From the NCBI GenBank assembly GCA_903836465.1, contig CAILRB010000044.1, positions 3,816-67,815 on the forward strand: DNA of 64,000 nt. The letters run 5' to 3'. The notes under the pieces are model-generated. The model did not search any database. It was not told the origin of the DNA and was given only the letters and a program-made list of their open reading frames with translations. The DNA comes from an uncultured Chlorobiaceae bacterium (lineage in GTDB: Bacteria; Bacteroidota; Chlorobiia; Chlorobiales; Chlorobiaceae). The position numbers and the translations under genes were made by a program. Of this stretch, positions 49,999 to 62,253 are shown piece after piece (position 1 is the stretch's first letter; the number at the start of each line of letters is the position of its first letter).

Positions 49999-50688
49999 AT
50001 GGAGAGCATTGTATCCAATATTGAGGCAATACAGGAACAGATAAACAGTGCATGCATCGAGGCGGGAAGAGATCCCGCCAGCGTGCGCCTGATTGCTGTC
50101 TCCAAAACTAAACCTGCGGAGCTTGTCCGTGAGGCATTCGATGCCGGACAAGTTGAGTTCGGGGAGAGCTACGTCCAGGAGTTTCTGGAAAAATATGATG
50201 ATCCCCTGCTTGAGGGAATCCCGGTCGACTGGCATTTTATCGGTCACCTGCAGTCAAACAAGATTCGCTCGATTATCGGAAAGGTAAGCCTCATTCACGG
50301 CATTGACAAGCTTTCGACAGCCGAAGAGCTCTCAAAACGCGCAGTCCAGAACAACCTGCAAGTCGATTATCTTCTGGAGGTCAATACCTCGGGCGAGGCA
50401 TCAAAATATGGCATGTCACCGGATGACGTTCTTTCAGAGGCAGAATCGCTTTTTCATCTCCCGAACATTACCCTTCGGGGACTGATGACCATTGCGTCAC
50501 CAAACAAAATTATGGCACGGGAGGAGTTTCGCCAGCTTCGACTGCTGCTTGAATCGCTTCAGAACATTGCCCCGGATCCCTCGCAACTGACTGAACTCTC
50601 GATGGGCATGAGCGGTGATTTTGAAGAGGCCATTCATGAAGGAGCAACCATGATCCGTGTCGGGTCGGCAATCTTCGGGTGGCGGTAA
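49999..50688 (+). CDS. yggS: PLP homeostasis protein
   Basis: LIAVSKTKP, FGESYVQE, WHFIGHLQSNK, LSMGMSGDF...RVGSAIFG. Confidence 0.95.
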   Translation: MESIVSNIEAIQEQINSACIEAGRDPASVRLIAVSKTKPAELVREAFDAGQVEFGESYVQEFLEKYDDPLLEGIPVDWHFIGHLQSNKIRSIIGKVSLIHGIDKLSTAEELSKRAVQNNLQVDYLLEVNTSGEASKYGMSPDDVLSEAESLFHLPNITLRGLMTIASPNKIMAREEFRQLRLLLESLQNIAPDPSQLTELSMGMSGDFEEAIHEGATMIRVGSAIFGWR

Positions 50689-50749
50689 GAGATGGTTGCG
50701 CTTCACCAAACATTCGTTACTTCAATTAACCTGTAAAACAATCCTCATC

Positions 50750-51571
50750 ATGATCTCACAGCAGGCACAAATCCAGGAAGCAGTCGCCTTTATCAGAAAA
50801 AAAACAGGCGCCAATTATCCAGTCGGTATCGTCCTGGGAACAGGCCTTGGGGCTCTTGTCAAGGAGATTGATATAGAGTTTTCACTCGACTACAGCGATA
50901 TTCCGAATTTTCCGGTTTCAACCGTTGAGACGCATCACGGAAAACTGATTTTTGGATCACTTTCGGGTAAAAATGTTGTCGCCATGCAGGGACGCTTCCA
51001 CTTCTACGAAGGCTACTCCATGGAACAGATTGTTTTTCCGATACGGGTCATGAAACAGCTCGGTGTTAAAATACTCGGCATCACCAACGCCTGCGGCGGT
51101 CTGAACCCTGGTTACAGAAAAGGCGATATCATGCTGATTGATGACCACATCAACCTGCTCGGCAGCAACCCGCTGATTGGCCCGAACGATCCTGAAATCG
51201 GCTCACGCTTTCCTGATCTCTGCGCTCCCTACTCTCCCCGTATTCTTGCCCTTGCTGAAGAGGTTGCGCTTAACCAGGGCATCAAGCTGCAGCGCGGCGT
51301 CTATGTCGCCCTTTCAGGCCCATGTCTTGAGACCCGCGCAGAGTACCGCATGTTGCGCATCCTTGGCGCAGATGTTGTCGGCATGTCAACCGTACCGGAG
51401 GTGATCGCCGCCGTACACCAGGGAACCGAGGTCTTCGGCATGTCCATCATCACTGACGAATGTTTCCCTGACTGCCTCAAATCGGTCAGCATTGAAGAGA
51501 TCATTGAGGTCTCAGGCCATGCTGAACCAAAAATGCCCTCCATCTTCAAATCCATTGTTGCCAACCTTTAA
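50750..51571 (+). CDS. Purine-nucleoside phosphorylase (PNP/MTAP family)
   Basis: GIVLGTGLG, QGRFHFYEGY, TNACGG, GPCLET, GADVVGMSTVPE; start placed at ATG 50750 (MISQQ). Confidence 0.93.
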   Translation: MISQQAQIQEAVAFIRKKTGANYPVGIVLGTGLGALVKEIDIEFSLDYSDIPNFPVSTVETHHGKLIFGSLSGKNVVAMQGRFHFYEGYSMEQIVFPIRVMKQLGVKILGITNACGGLNPGYRKGDIMLIDDHINLLGSNPLIGPNDPEIGSRFPDLCAPYSPRILALAEEVALNQGIKLQRGVYVALSGPCLETRAEYRMLRILGADVVGMSTVPEVIAAVHQGTEVFGMSIITDECFPDCLKSVSIEEIIEVSGHAEPKMPSIFKSIVANL

Positions 51572-51586
51572 TTCTTCTGTAAGAAT

Positions 51587-52651
51587 ATGATAGACGCCAT
51601 ATCGTTCAAAGACAACACACTTCACTACCTCGACCAGCGTTATCTGCCGCTCAAGGAGAATTACGTTGCCACAAAAGATTACAGGGAGGCTATTGAGGCC
51701 ATCAAGACGCTTGCCGTACGCGGCGCTCCGCTGATCGGTGTTGCTGCGGCCTACACCATTATTCTCGGCATCAACAGCTTCAAGGGCAGCAAGGAGGAGT
51801 TTCCTGCATTTTTTAAATCGCTCGTGGCTGAAGTTGAAGCATCACGGCCAACCGCAGTCAACCTCTTTTTTGCCGCCGCCCGCATGAAAAAGGTCTATGC
51901 TGAAAATTTTGAGGCCGACACTATCGAGACGCTCTTTGCAAAAATGAATGCCGCCGCCCGCAAAATTCATGATGATGAAATCGCCAACTGCGATCTCATG
52001 TCGCGCCATGGAGTGGAACAGATCAAAATTGACTTGGCCCACATCCTGAAAACACGAAAGCTCAACGTACTGACCCACTGCAACACCGGCACTCTTGCCT
52101 GCTGCGGCACCGGTTCAGCGCTTGGCGTCATCAGACTTGCCTGGCAGGAGGGGCTGATTGAGCGCGTCATCACTTCAGAGAGCCGTCCGCTCCTGCAGGG
52201 ACTTCGCCTGACAGCTTGGGAACTTCAGCAGGATGGCATACCGTTTGTCTCGATTTCCGACTCCTCATCAGCATTTCTGATGCAGCGCGGCATGATTGAT
52301 TTCGGTATTGTCGGGGCCGACCGGATTGCCGCCAACGGCGACACCGCCAACAAGATCGGCACCTGTGCCCACGCCATCAGTGCGTTCCACCACAATCTGC
52401 CGTTCTACATCGCCGCACCGGTATCAACTATTGATATCACCATTCCTGACGGCACCCACATCCCGATTGAAGAGCGCAACGCCGATGAGTTAAGAACCAT
52501 TTTCGGCACACAGGTGGCCATGCCGAACACGCCGGTGCTTAATTATGCGTTTGATGTCACCCCGGGGAAGTTTCTCAGAGGCATTATTACGGATAAAAAA
52601 GCTGTCGTCGGCAACTACATCACCGAACTTGCCGCTCTTATGGAGGAGTAA
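51587..52651 (+). CDS. mtnA: Methylthioribose-1-phosphate isomerase
   Basis: LDQRYLP, VRGAPLIG, RPTAVNL, LTHCNTG, ESRPLLQG.RLTAWEL, GADRIAANGDTANKIGT, NYAFDVTP. Confidence 0.94.
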   Translation: MIDAISFKDNTLHYLDQRYLPLKENYVATKDYREAIEAIKTLAVRGAPLIGVAAAYTIILGINSFKGSKEEFPAFFKSLVAEVEASRPTAVNLFFAAARMKKVYAENFEADTIETLFAKMNAAARKIHDDEIANCDLMSRHGVEQIKIDLAHILKTRKLNVLTHCNTGTLACCGTGSALGVIRLAWQEGLIERVITSESRPLLQGLRLTAWELQQDGIPFVSISDSSSAFLMQRGMIDFGIVGADRIAANGDTANKIGTCAHAISAFHHNLPFYIAAPVSTIDITIPDGTHIPIEERNADELRTIFGTQVAMPNTPVLNYAFDVTPGKFLRGIITDKKAVVGNYITELAALMEE

Positions 52652-52664
52652 GGACCAATGCCCA

Positions 52665-52702
52665 GACGCTCACCCAACTTTAAAGTGTGTACGGTGAGCG
52701 TC
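52665..52702. other. Inverted repeat at the mtnA/ccoN junction
   Basis: GACGCTCACC (52665-52674) / GGTGAGCGTC (52693-52702), perfect 10 bp; no U-tract. Confidence 0.5.
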
Positions 52703-52779
52703 GAAGCTGATTTACCTGACAACATTCCATATTTCTCATTACATTCCATCCATAATCAAAAAACGATCTGGAGGAAGAT

Positions 52780-54171
52780 ATGAATGAGGCAGGGTACAAT
52801 TACAGGGTAGTGCGCGGTTTTGCATTTTCGGCGTTATTCTGGCTTGTCATCGGTTTAGTGGTTGGACTCTGGATAGCCTTTGAAATGTTCAACCCGGCAC
52901 TGAATCTTAGCCCCTGGCTCAGCTTCGGACGTCTTCGCGTGGTTCACACCAACGGACTTGGGCTCGGATTCGGTCTCGCGGCAATTTTTTCAACATCCTA
53001 TTATATCCTGCAGCGACTGACACGTACGCCACTGCTCTTTCCCCGTCTTGCACAGGCTCATCTTTACCTTTTCAACACGGCCATAGCATTGGCGGCCATA
53101 TCGCTTTTTGCCGGCATGAATACCACGCGGGAATATGGCGAGCTGGAGTGGCCTCTCGATATCGTCGTCGTTATCTTCTGGGTGATGTTTGCCATCAACG
53201 TCTTTGGCACGCTGATCAAGCGAAAGGAGAAGCAGATGTACATCTCACTCTGGTACATCATCTCCATGACCGTGGCCATTGCCATTCTCTATATTGTCAA
53301 CAACCTTGAGGTTCCCATCAACCTCTTCAAATCGTATACACTCTTTTCCGGCGCAAACGATGCCAATGTCGAGTGGTGGTACGCTCACAACATTGTCGGA
53401 TTTATCTTCACCGTGCCAATCCTGGCGATGTTCTACTATTTTCTGCCAAAGTCTACCGGCCTTCCCATCTACAGCCACCGGCTCTCCATCGTGTCGTTCT
53501 GGGCGCTGAACTTTGCCTATCTCTGGACGGGAGCACATCACCTTATGCTGACTCCCCTGCCGGAATGGATTCAAACCGTTGCCATGGCCTTCAGCATCTT
53601 CCTGATTGCCCCCTCATGGGGTTCAGTAGTCAATGGCTACTACACGCTGCAGGGTAACTGGGATCAGATGCGGACCAACTATCTCACCAAGTTCTTCATT
53701 GCCGGCATCACCTTTTACGGACTCCAGACCCTTCAGGGGCCACTGCAGGGACTGAGAACCCTTAATGCATTCTTCCACTATACCGACTGGGTTGTCGGGC
53801 ATGTGCACATGGGGACGATGGGATGGGTGACCATGATTATTTCGGCATCATTCTACTACATGATTCCGCGCATTAACAACACAGAACTCTACAGCGTCAA
53901 ACTTGCCAACACCCATTTCTGGCTCATTCTTGTTGGCCAGTTCACCTGGACCATCACCATGTGGATTGCAGGAATCCAGCAGGGAGCCATGTGGAAAGCC
54001 ACCAATCCTGATGGATCGTTGATGTACAATTTTCTCGACACCGTAACCTCCCTTTATCCTTATTACAAGTTGCGGTTTGTTGCCGGGGTTATCTACTTTA
54101 TCGGCATACTGGTGTTCGCCTGGAATCTGATTATGACCGTCAGGAAGCAGCCAAACCAGAGTGAAGCATAA
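52780..54171 (+). CDS. ccoN: cbb3-type cytochrome c oxidase subunit I
   Basis: FGRLRVVHTN, WWYAHN, YLWTGAHH (cross-link Tyr and CuB His), HYTDWVVGHVH. Confidence 0.95.
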   Translation: MNEAGYNYRVVRGFAFSALFWLVIGLVVGLWIAFEMFNPALNLSPWLSFGRLRVVHTNGLGLGFGLAAIFSTSYYILQRLTRTPLLFPRLAQAHLYLFNTAIALAAISLFAGMNTTREYGELEWPLDIVVVIFWVMFAINVFGTLIKRKEKQMYISLWYIISMTVAIAILYIVNNLEVPINLFKSYTLFSGANDANVEWWYAHNIVGFIFTVPILAMFYYFLPKSTGLPIYSHRLSIVSFWALNFAYLWTGAHHLMLTPLPEWIQTVAMAFSIFLIAPSWGSVVNGYYTLQGNWDQMRTNYLTKFFIAGITFYGLQTLQGPLQGLRTLNAFFHYTDWVVGHVHMGTMGWVTMIISASFYYMIPRINNTELYSVKLANTHFWLILVGQFTWTITMWIAGIQQGAMWKATNPDGSLMYNFLDTVTSLYPYYKLRFVAGVIYFIGILVFAWNLIMTVRKQPNQSEA

Positions 54172-54202
54172 ACGACAACATCAACAAACAGGAGCTGACA
54201 TC

Positions 54203-54874
54203 ATGGGGATCACTTCAAAACCGGTTGTTTTTGCTGTTCTTGCAGCCGTTGTTATCCTGATCGGTACCACGGTTACCGTCTTTATTCCACTCTTCATGCC
54301 TTCGACGCAACCGGTGAGCCCTTACATAAAACCCTACACTGCGGTGGAACAGGAGGGGCGAGACATCTATATGCGTGAAGGGTGCAACAACTGCCACACC
54401 CAGACCGTCCGACCACTGAGAACCGAGGTGCTCCGGTATGGCGAATACTCAAAACCGGAGGAGTTCGCTTACGATCGCCCCTTTCTCTGGGGCTCACGCC
54501 GCACAGGGCCAGATTTGAACAGGGTCGGAGGAAAATATCCTGACTCCTGGCATTACAAGCATACCGCACACCCTCAAAGCATGTTTGAAAAGTCCAACAT
54601 GCCACCGTACGGCTGGCTTGCCAAAAACCGGCTCGACACAGGGTACTCGTTCAAAAAAACATCCACCCTTGGCTACGGCTACGCTGAAAGTGAGGTTCAG
54701 CAGCAGATTGACCAGTACCGCGAAACCGTCACCAGCGCAAGCTATCCCTCAAAGGAGAGTCGTAACCAGGTAACGCCGCCGGAGCTGCAGAATGAGCTGA
54801 CCGAAATGGATGCCCTGATTGCCTACCTTCAGAAACTTGGACGGGATGTCAAGAACATGGAGGCCAGAAAATGA
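54203..54874 (+). CDS. ccoO: cbb3-type oxidase subunit II
   Basis: GRDIYMREGCNNCHTQTVR, WGSRRTGPDL, SNMP; start at ATG 54203. Confidence 0.95.
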   Translation: MGITSKPVVFAVLAAVVILIGTTVTVFIPLFMPSTQPVSPYIKPYTAVEQEGRDIYMREGCNNCHTQTVRPLRTEVLRYGEYSKPEEFAYDRPFLWGSRRTGPDLNRVGGKYPDSWHYKHTAHPQSMFEKSNMPPYGWLAKNRLDTGYSFKKTSTLGYGYAESEVQQQIDQYRETVTSASYPSKESRNQVTPPELQNELTEMDALIAYLQKLGRDVKNMEARK

Positions 54875-55014
54875 ATGTTTCAGGCCTGGCTTATGTGCTC
54901 TTCACCGTGGTTCTCGCCATTATTTCGGGAGGGATCATAGCATACTACTACAATCCGAAACGAAAGCAGAAGGTTGAGGAACCGAAACACAGAATGCTTG
55001 ATGACGATAAATGA
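54871..55014 (+). CDS. ccoQ: cbb3-type oxidase small subunit (47 aa)
   Basis: Absent from the ORF track. Hand translation MNVSGLAYVLFTVVLAIISGGIIAYYYNPKRKQKVEEPKHRMLDDDK*; ATGA overlap with the ccoO stop. Confidence 0.85.
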   Translation: MNVSGLAYVLFTVVLAIISGGIIAYYYNPKRKQKVEEPKHRMLDDDK

Positions 55015-55030
55015 ACAAAAGGAGATGACC

Positions 55031-55492
55031 ATGCATGATACCGGAGAACCCCAAGAGAGCCATAACAAAATCCCCAAAGGCTGGCTGCTCTTTTTTTTCG
55101 GGACGATTATTTTTCTGATCGGCTATATCGTCTCCTATACCCCGGCCATTTCCGGCTGGTCATTCTACCAAGAGTTTGACAAGGAGATGGCTTCGGCGGC
55201 GAAATCAGAAAAATCTGTTGCCGTCAAAGAGTATTCGGGCGACAAGGATGCCATCAAGGAGGGCAAGGAGATCTATGCCAACACCTGCGCACCCTGCCAT
55301 AACGCCGATGCAACCGGCGGAATTGGCCCCAACCTCACCGCTGCAACGCTCAAATACGGAGCTACCCCGAAGGATATTTTTGAATCAATTTCCAAGGGGC
55401 GTCCCAACGGTATGCCGGCATTCCTTCCCCAGATTGGCTCAGAAAAAATCAGCAAGGTGGCTGCCTTTCTGGAAAGCCTGAGGAAAAAGTAA
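55031..55492 (+). CDS. ccoP: Short mono-haem CcoP-like cytochrome c
   Basis: N-terminal NKIPKGWLLFF (CcoP_N-like) plus TM helix; single CAPCH, GPNLT, GMPAF. AGGAG RBS at 55020-55024. Confidence 0.85.
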   Translation: MHDTGEPQESHNKIPKGWLLFFFGTIIFLIGYIVSYTPAISGWSFYQEFDKEMASAAKSEKSVAVKEYSGDKDAIKEGKEIYANTCAPCHNADATGGIGPNLTAATLKYGATPKDIFESISKGRPNGMPAFLPQIGSEKISKVAAFLESLRKK

Positions 55493-55519
55493 TTCTCACC
55501 AACTCAGGAGCTTGCCATT

Positions 55520-56623
55520 TTGTGGAAACCATACCGAAGAGCTATCGAAATTCTGCAGGCCGTCATGCTGACAGGTCTGCCGTTTCTTTCCATCAATGAC
55601 CAAAGTGCGCTACGCTTTGATATCCCAACCCTCAAACTTTATGTGTTCGGATCAGTGATCTGGATCCGGGAACTCTATCTTATTCTTGGCGTTTCGCTCT
55701 TTTTCCTGCTCTTGATTGCTTTTGTAACGGTCATTTTTGGAAGAGTCTGGTGCGGCTGGCTCTGCCCCCAGACGGTACTGCTCGACCTGAGCCAGAGCAT
55801 TGCCAAGCTGTTTGGGAGGAAACATCAGAAAACTGTTCAGATTCTTTTGCAGCTACCCCTCTCTGCTCTGGTAGCGATCACCATGATCTGGTACTTTGTG
55901 CCACCTGCCGAGACGCTGAACTCGCTCTTTGTCTCATCAACCCTGACCTCATTTTTTCTGGTTCTCTGGGTGGCGGTCTATCTGGAGCTGGCGTTTCTGG
56001 GAAGAGGATTCTGTACCTCAATCTGCCCTTACGCCATGCTGCAGAATGCCCTCTTCGACAAGGATACCCTGCTGATTGAGTATGATGTTTCAAGGGATGC
56101 GACCTGTATGAAGTGTGATGAGTGCGTCAAGGTCTGCCCTGTCGGCATCGACATCAAAAAAGGGTTAAGCTCTGCCTGCATTGCCTGTGCCGATTGTATC
56201 GACGCCTGCCGGGTGCTCAGTGAAAAGAGAGGTATGCCACCCTTCCCGAACTACAAAGGTCGGATACTCCGTCCTAAAACCTTCTGGCTTGGAGGCGCAA
56301 CCGTCGCTGCGGGAGTCCTTCTTTTACTGCTGCTCTGGAGCCGTCCTCCGGTTGACTTTCTGGTCACCCGGGACAACGCTCCCCTGCCGTCGGGGCTGAA
56401 CCGCTACTCCTACACCATCTATAATAATGGCGGAAAGCCGCTTGACCTTGAACTTTCGTCGCCCGACAATGTTACTCTGATCGGCGAACATTCGCTTGTG
56501 TTGCCGCCATTTTCGGTGCTGCGTGGACGTATATTGGTGAAATCAACCGGCAAACTGGAGCAACTGCATCTCAACATCTCCGGAGGCGGCATTGCAATCA
56601 ACCGAGAAAGCGTTTTTCTATGA
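55520..56623 (+). CDS. ccoG: cbb3 accessory 4Fe-4S protein
   Basis: GRVWCGWLCPQ, FCTSICPY, CMKCDECVKVCPVGIDI, CIACADCIDAC. Confidence 0.9.
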   Translation: MWKPYRRAIEILQAVMLTGLPFLSINDQSALRFDIPTLKLYVFGSVIWIRELYLILGVSLFFLLLIAFVTVIFGRVWCGWLCPQTVLLDLSQSIAKLFGRKHQKTVQILLQLPLSALVAITMIWYFVPPAETLNSLFVSSTLTSFFLVLWVAVYLELAFLGRGFCTSICPYAMLQNALFDKDTLLIEYDVSRDATCMKCDECVKVCPVGIDIKKGLSSACIACADCIDACRVLSEKRGMPPFPNYKGRILRPKTFWLGGATVAAGVLLLLLLWSRPPVDFLVTRDNAPLPSGLNRYSYTIYNNGGKPLDLELSSPDNVTLIGEHSLVLPPFSVLRGRILVKSTGKLEQLHLNISGGGIAINRESVFL

Positions 56624-57070
56624 AGCTTTTTTTCTACATCGTTTACCCGATTTTTTTCTTTGCCATGGGCTGCGGGATCTATGTGGCCTACACGAACGCC
56701 GACACCCTTGTGGACAGCAACTATTACGAAAACAGCACCCACTATTTTCAGACAAAGGAGAGTAACATCCACCAGGGCTCCTGCACCGTTACCGCAGGCC
56801 AGCGAACCGTGACGCTGAACATTGAGCCGAAACCGGTGAAGCACATGAAGGAGCTCACCTTCAGCGTCACGGTGACCTCATGCGACAAACTGCCTGAGAC
56901 GTTGCTGCTCGATCTCTCAATGCCGGGAATGCAGATGGGTAAAAATCAGGTAACGCTGGTGAAAAAGAGCGGCTGCCTCTATGAGGGCAAAGGGATTATT
57001 GTGCGCTGCATGAGCGGTCGTACACTCTGGCAGGCAACTGTCCTCTCCGATACACTGAACAATCCGGCAT

Positions 57071-57093
<23 letters not shown>
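56620..57093 (+). CDS. FixH/YtkA-like membrane-anchored accessory protein
   Basis: N-terminal TM helix, LVDSNYYE, DLSMPGMQMG; occupies the ccoH position. Confidence 0.6.
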
Positions 57094-59506
<2,413 letters not shown>

Positions 59507-59516
59507 TCAAGCAACC

Positions 59517-59717
59517 ATGAACACCACCTTTTACCTGATCGGCATCGGTTTTTTTGTCGGCGTCGCCGCATGGTTCCTCTTTATCTGGGCCGTCAAAAGC
59601 GGCCAGTTCGACGACCCCGAAGCGCCGAAATACCGGATGCTTGACGATGATGACGAGCCTGCAAAACCGGTAAAGCCACCAAGGCTCAGAACGCCCGCAA
59701 AGAGAAAGAGCCCATGA
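59517..59717 (+). CDS. ccoS: cbb3 oxidase maturation protein
   Basis: FIWAVKSGQFDDPE...RML. Confidence 0.9.
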   Translation: MNTTFYLIGIGFFVGVAAWFLFIWAVKSGQFDDPEAPKYRMLDDDDEPAKPVKPPRLRTPAKRKSP

Positions 59718-60391
59718 GCAGCGCCCCCCTTCTCGCCATGCTCCTCTCCGGGCTTGCCGGAGGATTCGGCCACTGCATCAGCATGTGCGGGCCAGTGGTT
59801 GCCGCCTTCACCGTCGGCGAAACCCGGCAGGGAGTGCTTCACCATCTGCTCTACAACCTCGGGCGAATCACCACCTACACCATCCTCGGCGCCCTTGTCG
59901 GCCTCTCCGGCTCATTCCTTGTCCTTACCACCTCCATCGAGCAGCTCCAGCGAGCCATCATGATCATCGCCGGACTCTCCATCATCCTCATGGGCCTCTC
60001 CACCGCAGAGTGGCTGCCAAGGAGCGCCTCAACCAGGAGCTGCACCCCCGGCAACTCACTCATCCAAAAGATCATGGCCCTCTTCAAAGCCCCCCGCTCC
60101 ATCGGCGCTTACTACCCCATGGGCATCGTCCTAGGCTTTCTCCCCTGTGGTCTCACCTACACCGCCCTCCTCGCCGCCGCCCGCGCCGCCATGGAGGCTC
60201 CTCACCCCTTTGCCGGAATGCTGCAAGGCGCACTGATGATGATGCTCTTCGGCATCGGCACTGCGCCAGCGCTGATTCTTGTGGGGAAGGTGGTGAATAG
60301 TATAAGCGGCAGAACGCGCAGGTGGTTTTACCGGGTGGCCAGTGTGATTATGATTGCGACGGGGGTTTGGTTTGTGGTGGAGGGGTATTAG
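59714..60391 (+). CDS. DsbD_2/TauE-SafE-like membrane protein of cco clusters
   Basis: GHCISMCGPV, YNLGRITTY, GFLPCGLTY, FGIGT. Confidence 0.85.
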   Translation: MSSAPLLAMLLSGLAGGFGHCISMCGPVVAAFTVGETRQGVLHHLLYNLGRITTYTILGALVGLSGSFLVLTTSIEQLQRAIMIIAGLSIILMGLSTAEWLPRSASTRSCTPGNSLIQKIMALFKAPRSIGAYYPMGIVLGFLPCGLTYTALLAAARAAMEAPHPFAGMLQGALMMMLFGIGTAPALILVGKVVNSISGRTRRWFYRVASVIMIATGVWFVVEGY

Positions 60392-60454
60392 ATGGTTGGG
60401 AATTTGCGTATTTTATGGCTTATATTTGTAACATCATAGATTAAGCTACTACCA

Positions 60455-60853
60455 ATGAAACACCGCTCCAGCGCCGACTACATTGAAGACCGCTTGGCCA
60501 TAAGTGGAGCGTTAGTGTTTTGTAGTGCTGTAGTTGTACAAATACTACAATTATCTGCTCTAACGCTGGCACTATGGATTGCATTAACCGCCTGTGCTGT
60601 GGCCATACCTCTTCTAACATCTGCCCTCGTTTCATACACTCTGCATGAACGTTTCACGATTCGCGTTGATACGCGATACTCGAAAATCTCAGGCCATATT
60701 GGGCTATACGCAACTCTTTTATGTGCTGGAGCTGTCTTCTGGCATTTCTCGTGGGTTACTGGTATGCTGTTCATTACCTGTGCAACACTATCGATCATTC
60801 TCTTTTCCTTAGACTATGTGCACCATAAGAAAATAAATGGTAATGAAAAATGA
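60455..60853 (+). CDS. Hypothetical four-TM membrane protein
   Basis: 132-aa open frame with four hydrophobic segments. Confidence 0.65.
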   Translation: MKHRSSADYIEDRLAISGALVFCSAVVVQILQLSALTLALWIALTACAVAIPLLTSALVSYTLHERFTIRVDTRYSKISGHIGLYATLLCAGAVFWHFSWVTGMLFITCATLSIILFSLDYVHHKKINGNEK

Positions 60854-60859
60854 AAAGGC

Positions 60860-60890
60860 GCATAACTTAATTAAATAATTGACGTTATGC
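60860..60890. repeat. Short attC-like hairpin
   Basis: GCATAAC (60860-60866)...GTTATGC (60884-60890) with an internal stem and one bulged C (60883), 6 nt after an ORF stop. Confidence 0.35.
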
Positions 60891-61089
60891 CAAACAACAG
60901 ACTCAAACCTGCCCTTGCGGTAGTAACCGAGATACAAAAGCAGAGTACTTACTGACGCTTAATCCATCTCCTGTTGTAGAATTTAACAATATTATGAAGC
61001 AAACAATTGATGCGTTTAATAGCTTTTCATGCTGTTTAAATACCGAAAGCGACAACAACCCCCAAAAAAATGGTTTCTGAATCACGCAT

Positions 61090-62253
61090 ATGATTAATAG
61101 CTTAATAATCAGCCTTATCATTGCTGGAATAGGAGCATTGATAAAATTTCTTGATCGAAAAGGTTACCTCCACGTACTATTTAATCAGGCTATGTTTCGT
61201 ATAGCTCCTCCTATAACGTGCGATCAAAAGCTATCAATAAAGGCAATCACGAAACTTCAAGCACATCTAATCAGAATACTTGTAAAAGATCAGAACAATT
61301 TTGGGCGTCACCAAGGACAATACGGAAAGTCATACGATGTTAAATCTTCTGAAATATGGCAACCGAAGGGCTCTAGTGAGAACTTGAACCTGAAACCGCG
61401 AATGTACCTTACCTATTGGCCTGTAATTATAATGAAAGAACATGGCGTTGCTCAGAGGTCGGTGTCATACGCATTTGCCGGGATAGAAAAATTATTTTCA
61501 GATGGACGTATCCCCCTTTTTTCCAGTGCACCAGATCCGTCTCCCGTAGGACGAGAGCAAAAATGGAACTATCGCCATTCAATGGCAGGAGCTCACCTAC
61601 TTGCTATCAATCAACCAAACAACAGTATAACTCGGTCAGTAGTCGGACAAATGCTTGATAAAAATAATCCTTGGCAAGACTGCACTGGTGGTTGGTGGCA
61701 AACTAGTGAAAAAAAGGGAAAGCCTGACCTCTGGGCAAGCGCCTACGCATTGAAACTTCTTGATTTTATGTCAAAAAATCAAATAGTTCCATTTATTCAA
61801 AACCCTTCATCAATAAAGAAAACTATTGAACATACGATCTGTTTTTTTGAAACCGAATGGAATTCACAACACTGGGGTGACCCAGGACGGCTCCTTACCG
61901 AGGAAAACCTTGTATTAATGTTTATCGAGTTATCACCAATACTATCACGTTATTCTCCTGAATTGAAGAATAAATGTATTACCGTAATGAAGGATTGGTT
62001 AAATCCTGCTGGGGATCTTCGTAAAAGCTATCTTGAAAGACTCGCCGCTCAAAAAACTCCAATTTTTTCTGTGCAAGCATATATTCGGATGGCGTATGCA
62101 TTCTATATCTCAAATGATAAAACAATAGATTGGCACCCTTTATTCGAGAGAGTCGCTCAGTCCTCACTAAAACAGCTATATTCTACGGAATGGGCATTCC
62201 TACTCGACCTCTCATTTATTTATAAACGTGAAGTATTATCTCGCGAATTGTAA
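61090..62253 (+). CDS. Hypothetical protein, N-terminal TM helix, possible prenyltransferase/squalene-cyclase-like helical barrel
   Basis: 387-aa AT-rich ORF; WQDCTGGW followed by DLWASAYALKLL resembles QW/prenyltransferase repeats. Confidence 0.6.
   Translation: MINSLIISLIIAGIGALIKFLDRKGYLHVLFNQAMFRIAPPITCDQKLSIKAITKLQAHLIRILVKDQNNFGRHQGQYGKSYDVKSSEIWQPKGSSENLNLKPRMYLTYWPVIIMKEHGVAQRSVSYAFAGIEKLFSDGRIPLFSSAPDPSPVGREQKWNYRHSMAGAHLLAINQPNNSITRSVVGQMLDKNNPWQDCTGGWWQTSEKKGKPDLWASAYALKLLDFMSKNQIVPFIQNPSSIKKTIEHTICFFETEWNSQHWGDPGRLLTEENLVLMFIELSPILSRYSPELKNKCITVMKDWLNPAGDLRKSYLERLAAQKTPIFSVQAYIRMAYAFYISNDKTIDWHPLFERVAQSSLKQLYSTEWAFLLDLSFIYKREVLSREL

Noticed and set aside
50750-52651. PNP/MTAP plus mtnA as a special anaerobic methionine-salvage system
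   Set aside because: This is a common pairing, and no aldolase or RubisCO-like partner is in the window to define a variant pathway.
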